Source of the DNA: Psammoneis japonica
Taxonomy: Eukaryota
DNA: 64,000 nucleotides
Direction of reading: 5' to 3'
Assembly (NCBI GenBank): GCA_008632985.1
Contig: QPGO01000079.1
Coordinates: 248,001 to 312,000 of the forward strand
In this document: positions 50,969-64,000 of the stretch, piece by piece
Numbering within the stretch: the first letter of the stretch is position 1
How the letters are laid out: every line of letters begins with the position of its first letter
Position numbers and translations under genes: made by a program
Notes under the pieces: model-generated
Database searches by the model: none
Seen by the model: the letters and a program-made list of their open reading frames with translations, nothing else
Told to the model about the DNA's origin: nothing

Positions 50969-52084
50969 TTTGGGAAGGATGGAATGTAATTTTCTGAGCA
51001 GCAAAATAGCAAGGCATAATCCCTAGTATCGGAGTACAACGTTTAAATCCCGATTTAAAGACAAACGTGAGTGCGGATCCTAGGCCTACAAACTTCTTCG
51101 TGCACAGGCCGGGTGAGGGGGCGAAGGTGCGTTCGATTGAACGGCACGCTATGGTAGGATGAGGGTTAATCTTGTCCGCAGTACTCTGACATTAACAAAC
51201 GCGGTTAATTATGACTCGTGTATGCATGTATTCACCATGTATCACTCTATTGTACGACTACTACTCTGTTGACTTCTCCAGCGATCTTGGGCAAGAGACA
51301 AAGGAAGTAAAAGAAATCACAGAGTTAGAAAGTTATACACTACCACATTTCCGGGCTAGAGTAGAGACTATCGTCTCATGCTAGCACGTCACGAGCCTCT
51401 TGTGACGCGAGGACCATCTGCTTTGTGTGTCGTTGCTCGTTCCGGCTCGTCGGGTGCGACATTCAGAATTTGTCGTTTTGGCGCCAACGTGTTTGAAATT
51501 GTGGTGAACCAAAATGACCGTGTTGAAGGCGGTCATCATTGGTGGTCGCATTTCTCTACGGCGGGTTCAGTACGTGAGGTACAGCAATTAGGGAGAAACG
51601 TCCCGGCACATGAAACTTCGTGAATCAGTTGAAGTGATTCTCCGACCATTACCCGATAATGGTATCCTCATGCTGAATAATAAAGATATGGGTGACCAAA
51701 GCATTCAAATATCTTCATGAATAACATGATCCCACGACTCCAAAAGTTTACTAGGTTAAATAAATCGATGAGATCACTAAGTACATAAATGTTGCAACGT
51801 CATGTCATGATTGGGGAACGACCTCAGCCGGCTGCGGTGCAACAAGTGCAGTTTGTTCAGACGGAATCATAAACAAACCACCGCCGGTTCTAAGTGCTGA
51901 ATGTCCCACGTGAGCTGAAAGAGATCTTCTACGGCCCACGGAGGAATCAGTATTGAGGTGCGTCAGTAAGAATCGGCCGTGGGAAACACGTGGGCCAACT
52001 TTCCTGGCTCTCGCATCTCCGGTTCAACACAATTTCTTCCGCGCCGTCGTTTACAACGCAACCGCGGGAGATCTTCAAATCACC

Positions 52085-54558
52085 ATGACGCCCGTCTCTC
52101 CCTACCGAGACCGTTACAGCTACGACAGTCGTCTCTTGACATTGAGTAGCAACGCTCAGTACCGTCCACTGTATCGTCCGTCCGCCATGGTTGCGTCGAA
52201 CAAGTGGGGATACAGCACTTCCGCATCTCGTTCAGAAATGACAATGTATGGAACAAACCGGTTCTACACTTCTCCGTCGTCGTCCTTTATCCCTATTCTT
52301 CACCAAGAGGATATCAACGCCTTTGAGGCCTTCAAGGAGAATGTCTACGATGCCTCACCGTACGTCGCGGACAACAAAGCGTCTCCATCGTCTTTACGGA
52401 GTTCGCCTACCGGAGCTACGGATCTCTACATGACTCCCGACAGCTTCAGTACGGCCCGTCGTCTCTCCTTTTCCCCTACGAACTCCAGTTGGGCTCCACC
52501 ACCCTCCGGAAGGACGTATTGTCAAGTCATTGATTCTCAAGCAGTTTTGAGTCTCCGGCTCGTCGTCCGACACTCTACGTCGATGCTGTCAAGTCGCCTC
52601 GTCCATGGTCACCGCGCGAAGAACAAGATCCGATTCGGCGTTCCAAGATCAAGACGGAACTGTGTATGCACTATGAGACTACCAAGACGTGTCCCTTTGG
52701 AACCGGTTGTACCTATGCTCATGGCGAGGAAGAGCTTCAGTTGACCAAGCTCATGGATCTTGCTCGTGCCGGCTTGGTGGATGTTCAGACCTACCGTACC
52801 AAGCCATGCATCACGTGGGTTTCTACAGGATCCTGGTATGTAAAATTTGCGCGCGCTGCGGGTAGAATTCAAAAAGTGCTTGCAAGTGTCTTGTGCTTCA
52901 CCATGTCATGTTGAGCAATATTGTTGTATGGATTCGTGTCTCTTACAGCCCCCTCTATTTTATATCTCAATCTTATAGTCCATTCGGAAAGCGCTGTACG
53001 TCGCTTCACGACCCTCGTGTTGCTGGATCCACTCCGTCGTGGTTGCCTCATACGGAAACACAAGGCAACACGATTGCGACCGATATCAACGTGGACGGGC
53101 TCTATCAGAAGAAGAACCTTGCTATTCTTCATGATAATCCATTTGGAGAGTTGTTCTCGTTCGAGTACGACGACTACGAGTCGCTCTACAATCTCATATG
53201 CAACATCCCCAAGCACAGCAAGAGGCGACGTTCCAATCTGACGGAACGTCACAAGATCCAGATTGCCCTCGCCATGCGTGGAAATGCCGATTGGCAATAC
53301 AAGTTTCGTCCCCAGCACGTCATTCACGACGAGCTCTGCATGGTACTCCAGAACAAGGCGTTTCGCCTCAAGGACGAGGGTGCCGTGGAAATCGACGTTG
53401 CATCGTACGATAGCAGCCGCAGTGACCACGTGTTGGTTCGCGAGATTGCCTTTGGTCCCGATTCGGATCCTACCGTTCGTGGTGTCTCGCTGTGGTTCAA
53501 TATCGAAGACAAGGACTTGACGGTTTGTACTCCGCAACAGGCCAAGCGATACCGCTGGAAACGCGGTCTTACCAAGCAAGACGTCAACTCCAACAACAGC
53601 AAGGCGCCCAAGAGCAAATCTACAACAACGTCTCCCTTTGATAACAAGGAGTGCTTTGTCATGGTCCGTCCCATTGACGAAAAGGCCTTTCGTCTCACAA
53701 CGAATATCTTGAACCACCGTCTCAAGGTTCTTCGTGCCGGTCGCATCTCCAACATGCGTGGCAGGTTTACGGCCCTCAAGGCTCTAGAGGATGAAAATCT
53801 ACGCTTGCAAGAGGTCTTTGAGAATTGCCGCCGTTACTGGCTCTCGTGGGCATGGCCGGCCAACCGTGATCCTAATGAAGTCACGGACCGTACGCCTGCT
53901 CCCAAGGTGGACAGCTTGTACAAGCTTTCCAACGAGTTGGGCGATGAGTCTTGTGTGGACCGGGTTTGGAATTCCTTTGTCGACTTTGAAGAAAAGGAGC
54001 AGGAGATGGGTGAAGAGTCTTGTGTGGACCAGGTCTGGAATTCCTATGTCGTCTTTGAAAAGAATGAGCAGGAAAAAGAAGTAAGAATACCCTTGCTTGA
54101 CGTCAAATGACTGAATTGTACCAATACGCTTTCGACTCACGCTGTTCCGTTCCTTCTTGTTCTTTCTTTTCTATTAACAGGAATTGCTTTTTGGAGAGGA
54201 AAAGAAGACTGACGAGGGTGAGGAAAACGAGACGCCTAGGCTCTCCGTCTTTGTCAACCTTGCAAAAGGAGAAGCTGTCACGGATGACAGGTACGGTGTT
54301 TCAGCCGCTTTTGAGCTTGAGCCTTGCCCCCCTCTCTCACGAATGTATCTCTCTTTCTTTAGCACCTTGCCTCACATTGCTCCGACTTGGCCGTACGAGT
54401 CCAAGGACGCCACCAGCCCATTGGAGCAGAGTGAGCGCTGCTGGAGGGCTCTCCTTCTCGAGGAAGGATCCCTTACCGGGACCAACGAGTGGGATATGGT
54501 TCAAAAGCATTTCGAGTATTCCAGGAGCAAGAAGGTTCTTACCATCTTGCAAAGCTGA
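52085..54558 (+). CDS. Tandem CCCH zinc-finger (TIS11/ZFP36-like) RNA-binding protein, spliced
   Basis: [25 protein letters not shown] and [14 protein letters not shown][intron][11 protein letters not shown]. Confidence 0.88.
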
Positions 54559-54877
54559 AGCAACCGTAGGGGATTTTAGTTGAGTCTTTTGGCAATCGAA
54601 GGGCCGTTGATGCATATGATATTTAGTAGTCTGGCTTTAGAAAGAAAACATTGGGGGGATCATTTTATCGGACAAGAGTTGCACTCGGTTGACAACGATT
54701 CGTCAATCTGTTTGAGTGCACCGAAGTTGAGAACAACAGCGTCTCTATAGTTGAGTAATAATAGCAAGCAAATGTGAACTTAACAAGTCTATTTACAAGC
54801 AAAAGATGGATTCTCTAGGGTGCAATCACTGAGTTTCGCGAGACTTACGAAAGAACAATGGTACCATCCACCAAAAC

Positions 54878-56437
54878 TCAATGGAGCGTAAGACCACCAT
54901 TTGCTGCCCAAAGGAAAAAGACAGACGCAAGTCCCAATGCAAGGTAGAACGGATCGTCTCCGGATATTGCAAACTGTTTCTTTCGATAACCACCACCCTT
55001 GCCCGTTACAAACCGATCTTCTTCCACGTCTATTGTCTTTTCGTCAAGAAGCAATCTCTCGAAAACGCCAACTCCTTCGGAACGAAACTCTTGTCGCCTC
55101 GTCGTTTCATAGTCACCCATAATTCCTTGACCACTCACGTTCGTGCAAGTTTCTAGAGCGTAGATGCAATCCGCAACGGTTCCATCCTTTTCCATCACGT
55201 CTGCAAGAGCGTCCAGAGCACCTAAATGACGGCGAAGCTGGCTCAGTGCATAACCAATGGCAAAACGAATGCGATTGTCCATGTCACGCTCGTCCAGCTC
55301 CGGTTCTGCGCTGTTGAACAATTGACGCAACTGGCTAAAGTCGGCGTATCCACCCTCGGCGTTGCCAAATGCCAATATTTCAGCGCAAACTCCCGCAACG
55401 CTCACAACGGCGAGTTGATCAATCGTATCATGATCGAATCCGCGATACGGCCAGCCCTTGGTCGGGTCGTTCTGAGATGGCAGCTTCAGCATTGGGTTTT
55501 CGCGATAGTCCTTTTTCTCTCGAAAGACAGACTGGTTTGTTACTTGTGTACTCCCGCGTCCCTCTTTGCTAAAATATGGACGATCAGACTGTTCGAGTTC
55601 AACAGGATCGCTCTCGTAGTCGTCTCCTTTTCGATCGTCAAACCCAAGTAGTCGAGCTCTGTTTTGACCTGCATCCTTGTCGGAGAGCGGATAAAACTCT
55701 ACCGCATTCTTTACAGCATTCGCAGTGTATTCCTTAACTGGTAAGCCAAGAAGATGTCCCATTAACATGTGACCTGCCTCGTGTTGAATCATTCGTTTTC
55801 GATATGTAGGGAAAAGGTTGCGCTGAACATCCACCAAGAAAGTCTGCAGCTCGTCTGGCGTTGCAATCCCATACCCAACAAACGCCAGGGGCGCAAAGCT
55901 AAACAACCAAACCACAACAAAGCGCAATATTTCAGGACCAGGAAGATTCTGATTGGCCACGAGGGCGGACAGAGTGCTACCCACAAAAACGCCAAGCAAA
56001 CCAAGTGATGCTCGATCGGCGTCTCGATCACCGTTCAATTCAATCAAATCCATCACACTGTATCTGGCATTAATATTCTTGGTCTGAATAGCAAGGTCCC
56101 CATCCGATATTCTCTTGTCGGATGCTCCGCGGGGAATTGACACCGAGGCAAACAAAGGCTTGTTGTCTCGGTCGGTGTCATCCGCCACCAGCGTCTTTTC
56201 CAGTACCTTGTATGCGGCAGCACCGCTTTTGCATTGCTTCAGTTCTCGGTTCAAAACTTTTACATCAATTTCTTTCGATGAAGCATTACGAGAAGGCCTC
56301 GTTGTTGTGGAATAGAGAACTGAGCCTCTTGCATAATTACCATTGGTGAGTACAGTAGTAAAGGTCAACCCAACTGGGAGGTCGGCGGCGAGGAGGAGTA
56401 TCGCGAACAGCCACAAGTTCATTCTAGGTTTTGGCAT
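54878..56437 (-). CDS. Probably plastid-targeted M41/FtsH-protease-domain-like membrane protein
   Basis: Signal peptide, TM pair, RMIQHEAGH..GHLLGLPV, AGVCAE and GGYAD; no AAA domain. Confidence 0.8.
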   Translation of the reverse strand: MPKPRMNLWLFAILLLAADLPVGLTFTTVLTNGNYARGSVLYSTTTRPSRNASSKEIDVKVLNRELKQCKSGAAAYKVLEKTLVADDTDRDNKPLFASVSIPRGASDKRISDGDLAIQTKNINARYSVMDLIELNGDRDADRASLGLLGVFVGSTLSALVANQNLPGPEILRFVVVWLFSFAPLAFVGYGIATPDELQTFLVDVQRNLFPTYRKRMIQHEAGHMLMGHLLGLPVKEYTANAVKNAVEFYPLSDKDAGQNRARLLGFDDRKGDDYESDPVELEQSDRPYFSKEGRGSTQVTNQSVFREKKDYRENPMLKLPSQNDPTKGWPYRGFDHDTIDQLAVVSVAGVCAEILAFGNAEGGYADFSQLRQLFNSAEPELDERDMDNRIRFAIGYALSQLRRHLGALDALADVMEKDGTVADCIYALETCTNVSGQGIMGDYETTRRQEFRSEGVGVFERLLLDEKTIDVEEDRFVTGKGGGYRKKQFAISGDDPFYLALGLASVFFLWAANGGLTLH

Positions 56438-56883
56438 TCTTCTTCAATTTTTCAATTCCAATCTTCTTCAAGCGTTTCAGGCTGTTTACAGTGTTAGCTA
56501 CTTCGTCTTCGCCACTGCCAACTCTTCCACAGAACTACACTGCTTGGTGATGATGCATCGTGCATTCGTGCATCGTCAGGCCCCACGCACAAAAAGTGAG
56601 GCGAGAGAAAACGAAAAAATTCGACCACGTCATCAACGATTCATCATAATTTTTCTTCAATGTTGAAAAATAGTACATCGAAATGTTATCACAGACAGGG
56701 TGGCGAGCTTCTTAGACATGTCAGTCACGACCTCAATCACGAGTGTATCGAGTCTGAGAGAAAAACGGTCGCAAACCATCACGATGGACACGATCGATGC
56801 TCTCCAATCTCCGACACGGCAGAAAACGAGGGACAAAGGACACAATCTGATTTTCTGACAAAAAGAAAGACACCACGGTCACC

Positions 56884-57609
56884 ATGATGCAGGTTGTTTC
56901 TCGTCGCTCAAAAGCCACCGTGATTTTTGCGTTTCTGCTCTTGTCGCAGCAGATGCGAGTTGTAAAAGCGGAAGGAAGGAAAGACCTTGTTCGATCGATC
57001 AGCTCGCTCTCCCTCTTTTCTGATGGTCCCACTGAAGACGCGCTCGCTGACGATGACGATTCTTCTGTTTTGAGCAAGGCCACCACCAAGGCGGTTCGTA
57101 TGGTTGTGAACAATTACGTTGCACCCAGTTCTTCTGCTTCTGCTTCTGCTTCTGCTTCCGCTTCAGGTCCCAGCAAAGACTCTTCATCCTCAGGTTTCTC
57201 CATGCCCCAAACTCCTTTTGAATGGACCAGGTTTGTCATCAAGTATGGGCCGATGGCTGGGCAGGGGTTGCATGGTTTGTATTCATGGTTCTCTGGAACA
57301 GAGGCAGAGGACCCCAAGGACGCAAAAATCGAGGAACTTGAGGCCGCAGTTCAGGCTCGTGATGTGCAACTTGAGGTTCAAAAGGTGCAACTTGAGGCTC
57401 AAAATGAACGAATTCAACGGTTGGAAGATGCAGTCTTAACAACGAAAAAAGGAGAAGGTGTTGATCAAGATGATGATGATCCTGAATGGTTTAGTGAGGA
57501 CCGTGATGTCTCACCATGGGCTATCATTTGTAAAAGCCTTTTCGGCACACTCCTTTTGGGCATACTCAGCCCAGGCTTAGCCCAGTGGAAAAGCAAACTG
57601 ATGATGTAG
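56884..57609 (+). CDS. Hypothetical protein with signal peptide, coiled coil and C-terminal hydrophobic segment
   Basis: 241-aa ORF with protein-like composition; no recognised family. Confidence 0.6.
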   Translation: MMQVVSRRSKATVIFAFLLLSQQMRVVKAEGRKDLVRSISSLSLFSDGPTEDALADDDDSSVLSKATTKAVRMVVNNYVAPSSSASASASASASGPSKDSSSSGFSMPQTPFEWTRFVIKYGPMAGQGLHGLYSWFSGTEAEDPKDAKIEELEAAVQARDVQLEVQKVQLEAQNERIQRLEDAVLTTKKGEGVDQDDDDPEWFSEDRDVSPWAIICKSLFGTLLLGILSPGLAQWKSKLMM

Positions 57610-58012
57610 CCCTCTTTACTAAAGATAGAAACCTGGTAAACATTCAGATGACATGCACGCTTTCGCAGTTTTTTCGTCGGAGAGGTTAGCGAATTGGTGT
57701 CAAGTTGGAGGTGACTTTGCAAGGACTTGGACAAATTCTACTTTGTTTACCAGGACGAGGTCATAATCTACACTTTCAACTTCCATAAGATTCTACTCTC
57801 GCCGTTTGAATGGATACTACCGGTTTCTACGGTATCAGCACGCGTGTCTCGGCACTTAATCTATTTCACAAAGTAGCCTCGGGATGTTTTTCTAGAATCT
57901 CTAGAGATGCATTCCTTGCTACCTTACAACACGTGATCCTGCCGCAAAAGTTTAGCTCTGCAGTCACGATTATCTGTCCCGAGTTTCATACCGGTATAAA
58001 AGATAAGTAATT

Positions 58013-58543
58013 CTAACAAAAGAAACTGCCGTGGCACTTCACAATCCTCCAAAATAAAAGAAAGTCCGTAGTTCCCAGCATGGCAATTATCATATAAAGT
58101 CGTCGTTTCTTTCTTCGATTTGCTGCTTCAAGATCAGCCAATTCTCGTTTGGCCATTGCGGTAGCTTCCCGTGTTTGCCATACATCGTCGTGAGCATTTT
58201 GTATCTGACTACGTTGCGCATTCATCTGGCTCATTACGGCCGCAGCGGTCCCCTCAGCTTCATAATGAGCCTTGACTGTATCATGTAGGATATCAGTTTG
58301 TTGCTCTGCATAGGTTTGTCCTGGTGGAACATAGGATCCTCCAGCCTGTTGGTATGAGTTGAAGCGCTACGTCAGAAGCGAATTAGTATCATGGTGAGAC
58401 CCGGCACAGGCATCACAAAAAGCTAGAGCACACCAAGAACTCATAAGTCAACATACATTATTCAATCCAGAACTGCTGTTTCCACTCGAAGTATTAGGGC
58501 CGTCTCCGCCTTTGCTCCAATCTGGTTTTCCTGAACCAAACAT
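58013..58543 (-). CDS. Small tail-anchored SNARE-like protein (one intron)
   Basis: Heptad region MSQMNAQRSQIQNAHDDV, basic RRKKRR, then C-terminal TM. Confidence 0.6.
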
Positions 58544-59153
58544 GATCTGGATGTGTGGTCGAAGGTGTCGCGGGAAAACGGATTCGTGGATTGATGAATC
58601 GGCTATCCGAAAGCAAAAAAAAAGCCCTAAGAGATTGCGTCGGCTATTGAGAGACAAAATCCCGAATACCCTCTTGATATGTCAAGCTACTGTATGGCAG
58701 AGCCTTTCCTTTGACGAAGAGCGGAGAGCGGCAATGCGGTGCTGCCGCAAAAGAGGTTAAGAGCGAGGCGCGGCGGCATGCTATTTGCGCGTTTTCGTTC
58801 GTTTGCTGGCTATTTTGGTTCAAACATCACAAAATTTTGTTTTTATTGGCATTTTATCGAATTTTTGGCACTTCACCTTGTCCCCCACACCGTGCACCAA
58901 CCATGTGACGACGCTCTAACCTTACTCTGCTACCCAACATACAGCTGTAGCTAGCTACGACTCTACTACAAGTAGAGACTGCCACACACAAGAGTCTCTC
59001 TCTCTAGTAAATCAATAGTAGCTACCATGATGACTATTCAGCATTTATTCGTAAACGCCTATCAATCTTCACTTCCAGAGTGTACAGGTGCGAACACCGC
59101 CACTTCAACGTATTTACAAAATGTTTCATCCGTGGAGAGGCCCGAACAGCGAA

Positions 59154-62100
59154 TTACCTTTTGACTCCATATCTCTCGTTGTACTTATCTAGCTGGTTGA
59201 TCTTGTACATTCCAAAAGGAACTCTTGAACCCACCAATGCGGCGGCAACAAATAGTGCTCGACTTATCGGAACAGCGGCACTTAGTCCTGCACCGGCAGT
59301 GAGAAGACATATCCCAGTGTTGAGGAACAAACCGGCCGCTACCGCATTGAAAGTGTTCTTCTCGACCAACCGACTTCTTGCCAACTGTCGTTCGACCTCG
59401 AGGGCCCGCACTCGTAGTTTAAAGTCCCCTTGTTCCAGCCTAGGGTTAGGTAACAAGACAAAGGATTGAGTAAGCTATCACTATTCAACTGGCACCATCG
59501 ACAAGTTATAGAACTCACCTTGTTGCGATATCTTCTACTTTTGCGGTTTTTCTTGGCTGTGAAACAGCTGCATATATATCCTCCGGTCGTAGCCCGAAGC
59601 GTTTGGCCACACGAAGAAACGACGTTTTGAAAACGTTGCCATCTTTCAAGTCCAGCAGTTCCTTCAGGTACGGGGCAGTGATCCTTGTTAGATCATAGTT
59701 CGGGTTCAACGTCTTCCCAATGCCGTCGAGCGAAAAAAATGCTCGAAAAACAAACGTCCAAGTTGGAGGAAATACAAACGGCGAATCCTCGTTAAGAGAC
59801 AAGAATTCTTCGCCGAGCTGCTTTCTTCTCTGGCGGTTGATCTGTTTGCGTTCTTCCTCTGACAGATCGTTCTCCCATTCTCTACCTGACTTGAGAGTTT
59901 CTTGGAAACGATCAATAAAGTCCTTTCCCACCCTTTCGACCGCAATCCTGTCAACGTCGGGTCCCAGACGCAACATGCCCAGTCTCTCCAAAGCATCACA
60001 CGCATCTTTCACATCGGCGTCGTAATACACGGCGAAGAAAAAATCGACAAGTCCCTTTCGTTCTGTGGGACCAAACGAGTCCATCATGCCAAAATCGTAA
60101 AATATTATCCTTGTTTCGCCACGAACTCTCTCCACTGCCAAGTTTCCGGGGTGAGGATCGCTATGCTAGAATGAGAAAGCGGCAGAAAGAAGCACATTAG
60201 AAAAGCCTGCGTAAAACAGCAATCTCCAATCGACAGCGTCTTGACTCACAAAAAACCCATGTCGACAAAGCTGTTCCAGGAACGAATTGGCAGATTTGAT
60301 ACTGATATCTACCGGATCAATACCGGCCTCGACCAGCTTGTCAATGTCAGTAATTTTGATTCCAGGAAGATACTCCATGGCCAATACTTTTTCCGTCGTG
60401 AACTCCGGATACACCTTAGGAACCTTGATCCAGCGAAACTTGGGAGTGTCGAAATTCTTTCTAAACCTCTGACAATTTTCCATTTCATTAATGTAGTCAA
60501 TTTCTTCATACAACAGTCGCTTGCTTTCCTCGTACACGCTAACCCAGCTCCTTTTTGTGTTTCGGTCCAACAGCCCACCTTCAGACTGCAGATCCAATGC
60601 GTCCGCAAACACAGCAACCTGTCGCAACTGTCCAAGATCAACATCAAAAAGCTCTCTCAGATACTGACGCTGTACCTTTATTGCTATCTTGTCCTTTCCT
60701 TTTGTAGCAATATGCACCTGTCCCAAGGAAGCAGCTGCTAGAGAGGTTTTGTTGAAACTGTCAAACACTTCATCTATTGGTTTCCCCAGTTCTTCCTCGA
60801 TGATCTTAACAGCCAGATCACCCGAGAAAGGAGGCACCTGGTCTTGTAACAGCCGAAGCTGCTCAATATATTCCTTAGGTACAATGTCGATTCGCGTTGA
60901 AAACAATTGTCCACCTGTAGCACGAGACAGTATAAACGGGCCATCAGAAAAGATCGCTGACATTCAAGATATAGCTATTGTGGTTGATATCTTACCTTGA
61001 TGAACGTTGGTCCCAGCTTCAAAAGATTTTGAGTAATCTCTGCGCCCAGCTTAGAACGTTCCGCCGAAAATCTCTCTTTAGACCATCTGCCACTGTTGAG
61101 CTTGTTGATCATTCTCCGCTCCTTCAAATAAAATGAACTGAAGTATGCCCAGACCTCCGCGGAACGCCGTAGAATCGCCCACTTGCGTGCCATCCTTCCT
61201 TTTGCTGCAATGGCTCCAGTCCGTTTCCATCCTGCCTGCATCAGCTCGGCGCTCTTGACGTATTCCTCGTATGACGTAGTTTCTGGTTCCTTCTTCTTAC
61301 GCAATATTCGTCGTTTCTTCTTTGCTTTCGGTGACTTGGTTTTGATCAAGGATGCCATTGACTTGAAGAAGGCAAGAAAGTATATTTTTGGGTAGCTCAC
61401 CTTGCGAACCCACCGGAGTAAGAGTGCAAAAGTGTAGTAGAGAGGGGCGACATTTAGGTTGCGAAGTAGATCCCTTGTCCTCATCGTGCGTGTTTCCGCA
61501 AGAGTTGAGTTTTCTCCGTAAAGTACAAGCCGACTTCTGTGTTCTGCACGGTCACGGGAATCTACGGAGTCTTTATCTGAAGTTTTATTTCCGCTCTTGG
61601 CCTTGGGTGGGGACTCTTTTTCGTAAAGGACAGCGTCGGAGAAAGCAAAATCCTCAAGAGGTCTAACAAACCGTTTTTCAAGCTCCAAAAGCTGGCGCTC
61701 AAGCTCCCTCTTTTGAGTTTCTTGAATTTGTTCAGTCAATTCTTCAACAAACTTGTTGAGTTCAGAAGCCTGTTCACCGGGAAGTCCCACCATTTTCTCC
61801 TCCATGACTTCCGTCATGTTTCCAAACAACTCGTTCGAGCCATCTGTCACCCGACGATTGATCTCGTCCATAAGTTCAACAACATCCTCAGCAGCTTTGG
61901 CCATTGCGTCGTCCGTATTCACAGCTAAGTTGTGCTCTTCCATCGACGTCTCACTTTCTTTATGCGACTTTATATCTATTGGTTTGCTTCTATGCTCCAC
62001 TGTAATTTGTTCTCCGTTTACTGGTTCTCCTTCGTTCAACAGCTTTTCTTTCGTCTTGCGCTTTCCCCTCTTTAAAACGAATCGCTCCGTCCGACTGCCG

Positions 62101-62237
62101 TACCCACTTCTTCTTGTGCATAAAGGCTTGCGAAGCTTCAGGATTGATATTCTAGACGGAGGTATGAGACTGTACACATCAGACACACATAGCAAACAGA
62201 AGAGCATCACGCAAGTCCCGCATCGCATCATTCTCAT
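59154..62237 (-). CDS. ABC1/UbiB atypical kinase, plastid ABC1K7/8-like, multi-exon
   Basis: [55 protein letters not shown] and YDFGMM. Confidence 0.93.
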
Positions 62238-63004
62238 GGTGTTGGAGAAAGAAATCAGCGCGACCAGAATCAACTTTTGTAGAAGCAATCGAACAATGCC
62301 GCCCTCTCCGAAACAGCTTGTACCAGCGAGCGTCCTTGTCTAGTTGAACTAACTGCTGCTATTTAGGGCTAGACTAACGTTCAAAGCTTTCGGGTGTCGG
62401 CGCCAATACTTGTCTTTTCTCTTCTCGCTTCTCGACTTGAACATTGAACAAGGCAAACTCCAAACCAAAACTGCATCCGATGCTGACAGCGCACACGCAC
62501 AATGTGTCACCGTATGGTTCATACGTAGGTTCTACATACGTTGCAACTCACGAGAGCGGCAGATAGATGATTATTCCGCTCCAGCCACCCGCGCGCAAAC
62601 GACAGTCCTTCCGTCATACGAAACGTCCGGGTTTGCAGGTTCGAGGTCGCCGACGATTTCACGCAACCGCACGGTGCTTATTTCGGCGACATAGTAGCGT
62701 AGAAATATTAACGTTGTACCACAGATATAAATGTATGAATAATATATTTCACTGCTGCAGGCCAACGCAAAAAACAAATTTTTCCACACTTTCACCGCGA
62801 CAAAACAAAATGGTGAGTGCCGCTGCTGTTGACGATGTCGTTTGTCGAAAGTAATGTGTTCAACGCCGATGTTTTGGCGTAGTATTGCTCTTATATGACA
62901 TTACTAACATTGCGTGCCAAAACATCGCCATCATATTATACAGGAGACGGGAAATAACAACTCTACTTTGGCTGTCGCAGCAGCTCCGACGGCAGCCGCC
63001 AACA

Positions 63005-64000
63005 ATGGCCTGGAAGCCCTCAAAAGGGATATTAGCACCCGTCTTCGAGTGTTTGTCACTCATGTCCAAGACCCCAATCGACATACAACATTTCAGCCGG
63101 GAAAGAAGTGGTTCCTTGTCTCAAGTGGTAAAAACGCTCGAAAGGAGCACCCTGACGCCGTTCACATTCTTGATCAAATCGGCGTCGCGGAAGACGATAT
63201 GTTACTGGCATATAAGACGAAATGGATGAATCACCTTTTCTTCCCCTTCTCTGAGTTAGAAACAAGGCCCATTGGAAAATGGTTCTTCGTCACCGTGAAG
63301 ATGAGCCACGAGGACTCCGGGTATGGCGACACCAGCACCGCCCCCCACTATCATGACTTCAGCGCTAGCGATCCTACCAATCCAGTCAAGGTCTTCTGTA
63401 CAGTAGTATCCAAAACAAAGGATGAGAGAGCAGTTAGCCGCCTCCTTAGAGATGTAAATAATGCATCTAGCATTACTTCTTGGAGACTTGAGACAAAAAT
63501 TGGAAAAAAGACACCCCAAGACCCAGCTGGTGCATCAACCTCACCGTCTCCCCAACAAGACGCAGCAGATGCTTCTACTGCTATGGCAAGGAGCGACACG
63601 GCACCATCATCATCTGCGATTGGCGAAATGAAGAAGATGCCTTTAGCGGCACAAGCTGCAGTAGACTCGTCTAATGACACTACTAGAAGCAACAGTACGC
63701 AATCTCTAGACAGTTTGTTAGAGTATGCTAAAGGTTTGCGAACGACGGAACTTGACTCGTCAGATCTGCAAAAAGTCAAGTACATTGCACACGAATTAGT
63801 GACTATCCTTCGTGGCCCAGATTTAAGTAATGTCGTCAAACTGAATGGCCAAGTTGGTCAGGGGTCCGATTGGATGCGAATCAAGGCTTCCAGAGGTGGC
63901 ACGAGCAGTCGGACAAAGCAGAGGGACGTTGTGTCAACGGCTAGTGCAGTATCCAAAACACTTTCTCATGCGGACAATAGCACAAAGAATGAGATAATGA
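63005..64000 (+). CDS. Hypothetical protein, partial (runs off window)
   Basis: One frame stays open from about 63227 to the window end; 5' part is in another frame; no recognisable motif. Confidence 0.4.

Noticed and set aside
3083..52560. Frameshifts in many conserved genes (DHHC about 3100, parvulin about 31065, Cys-rich gene, kinase about 41000, protease about 45020, helicase about 47820/48060, CCCH about 52520) as programmed frameshifting or mass pseudogenisation
   Set aside because: Mostly single-base losses, several in short homopolymers, within otherwise intact genes. Long-read consensus error is the simpler explanation; needs short-read polishing.

Overview
Eukaryotic, intron-containing genomic DNA, most likely from a diatom or related photosynthetic stramenopile (inferred from CoDi-type Copia motifs, signal-peptide-led plastid-type proteins and short GT-AG introns). 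The right part (about 27-64 kb) is ordinary gene-dense DNA. It encodes an alpha/beta hydrolase, a parvulin PPIase, a Cys-rich/Pro-Thr extracellular protein, a coiled-coil protein, a kinase-ITPase fusion, a tropinone-reductase-like SDR, a leishmanolysin-like protease, an ankyrin/RelE-like/UvrD helicase, an ankyrin protein, a tandem CCCH protein, an M41-like peptidase, a SNARE-like protein and an ABC1 kinase. Many of these genes carry single-base frameshifts that look like assembly errors. The left part (about 1-26 kb) is a graveyard of transposons and duplicated genes with a striking mutational signature: TpA dinucleotides are almost completely converted to TpG/CpA on both strands, with CpG->TpG/CpA added in older copies. 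This is the reverse of fungal RIP. It is confined to repeats and duplicates, has sharp edges, and can be read directly by aligning paralogs and an LTR pair inside the window. Within this zone is an ISL2EU/Harbinger-like DNA transposon carrying an XPG/EXO1-family nuclease plus a SWIM finger, whose DDE transposase domain appears split across two convergent ORFs. All alignments and counts were done by eye.
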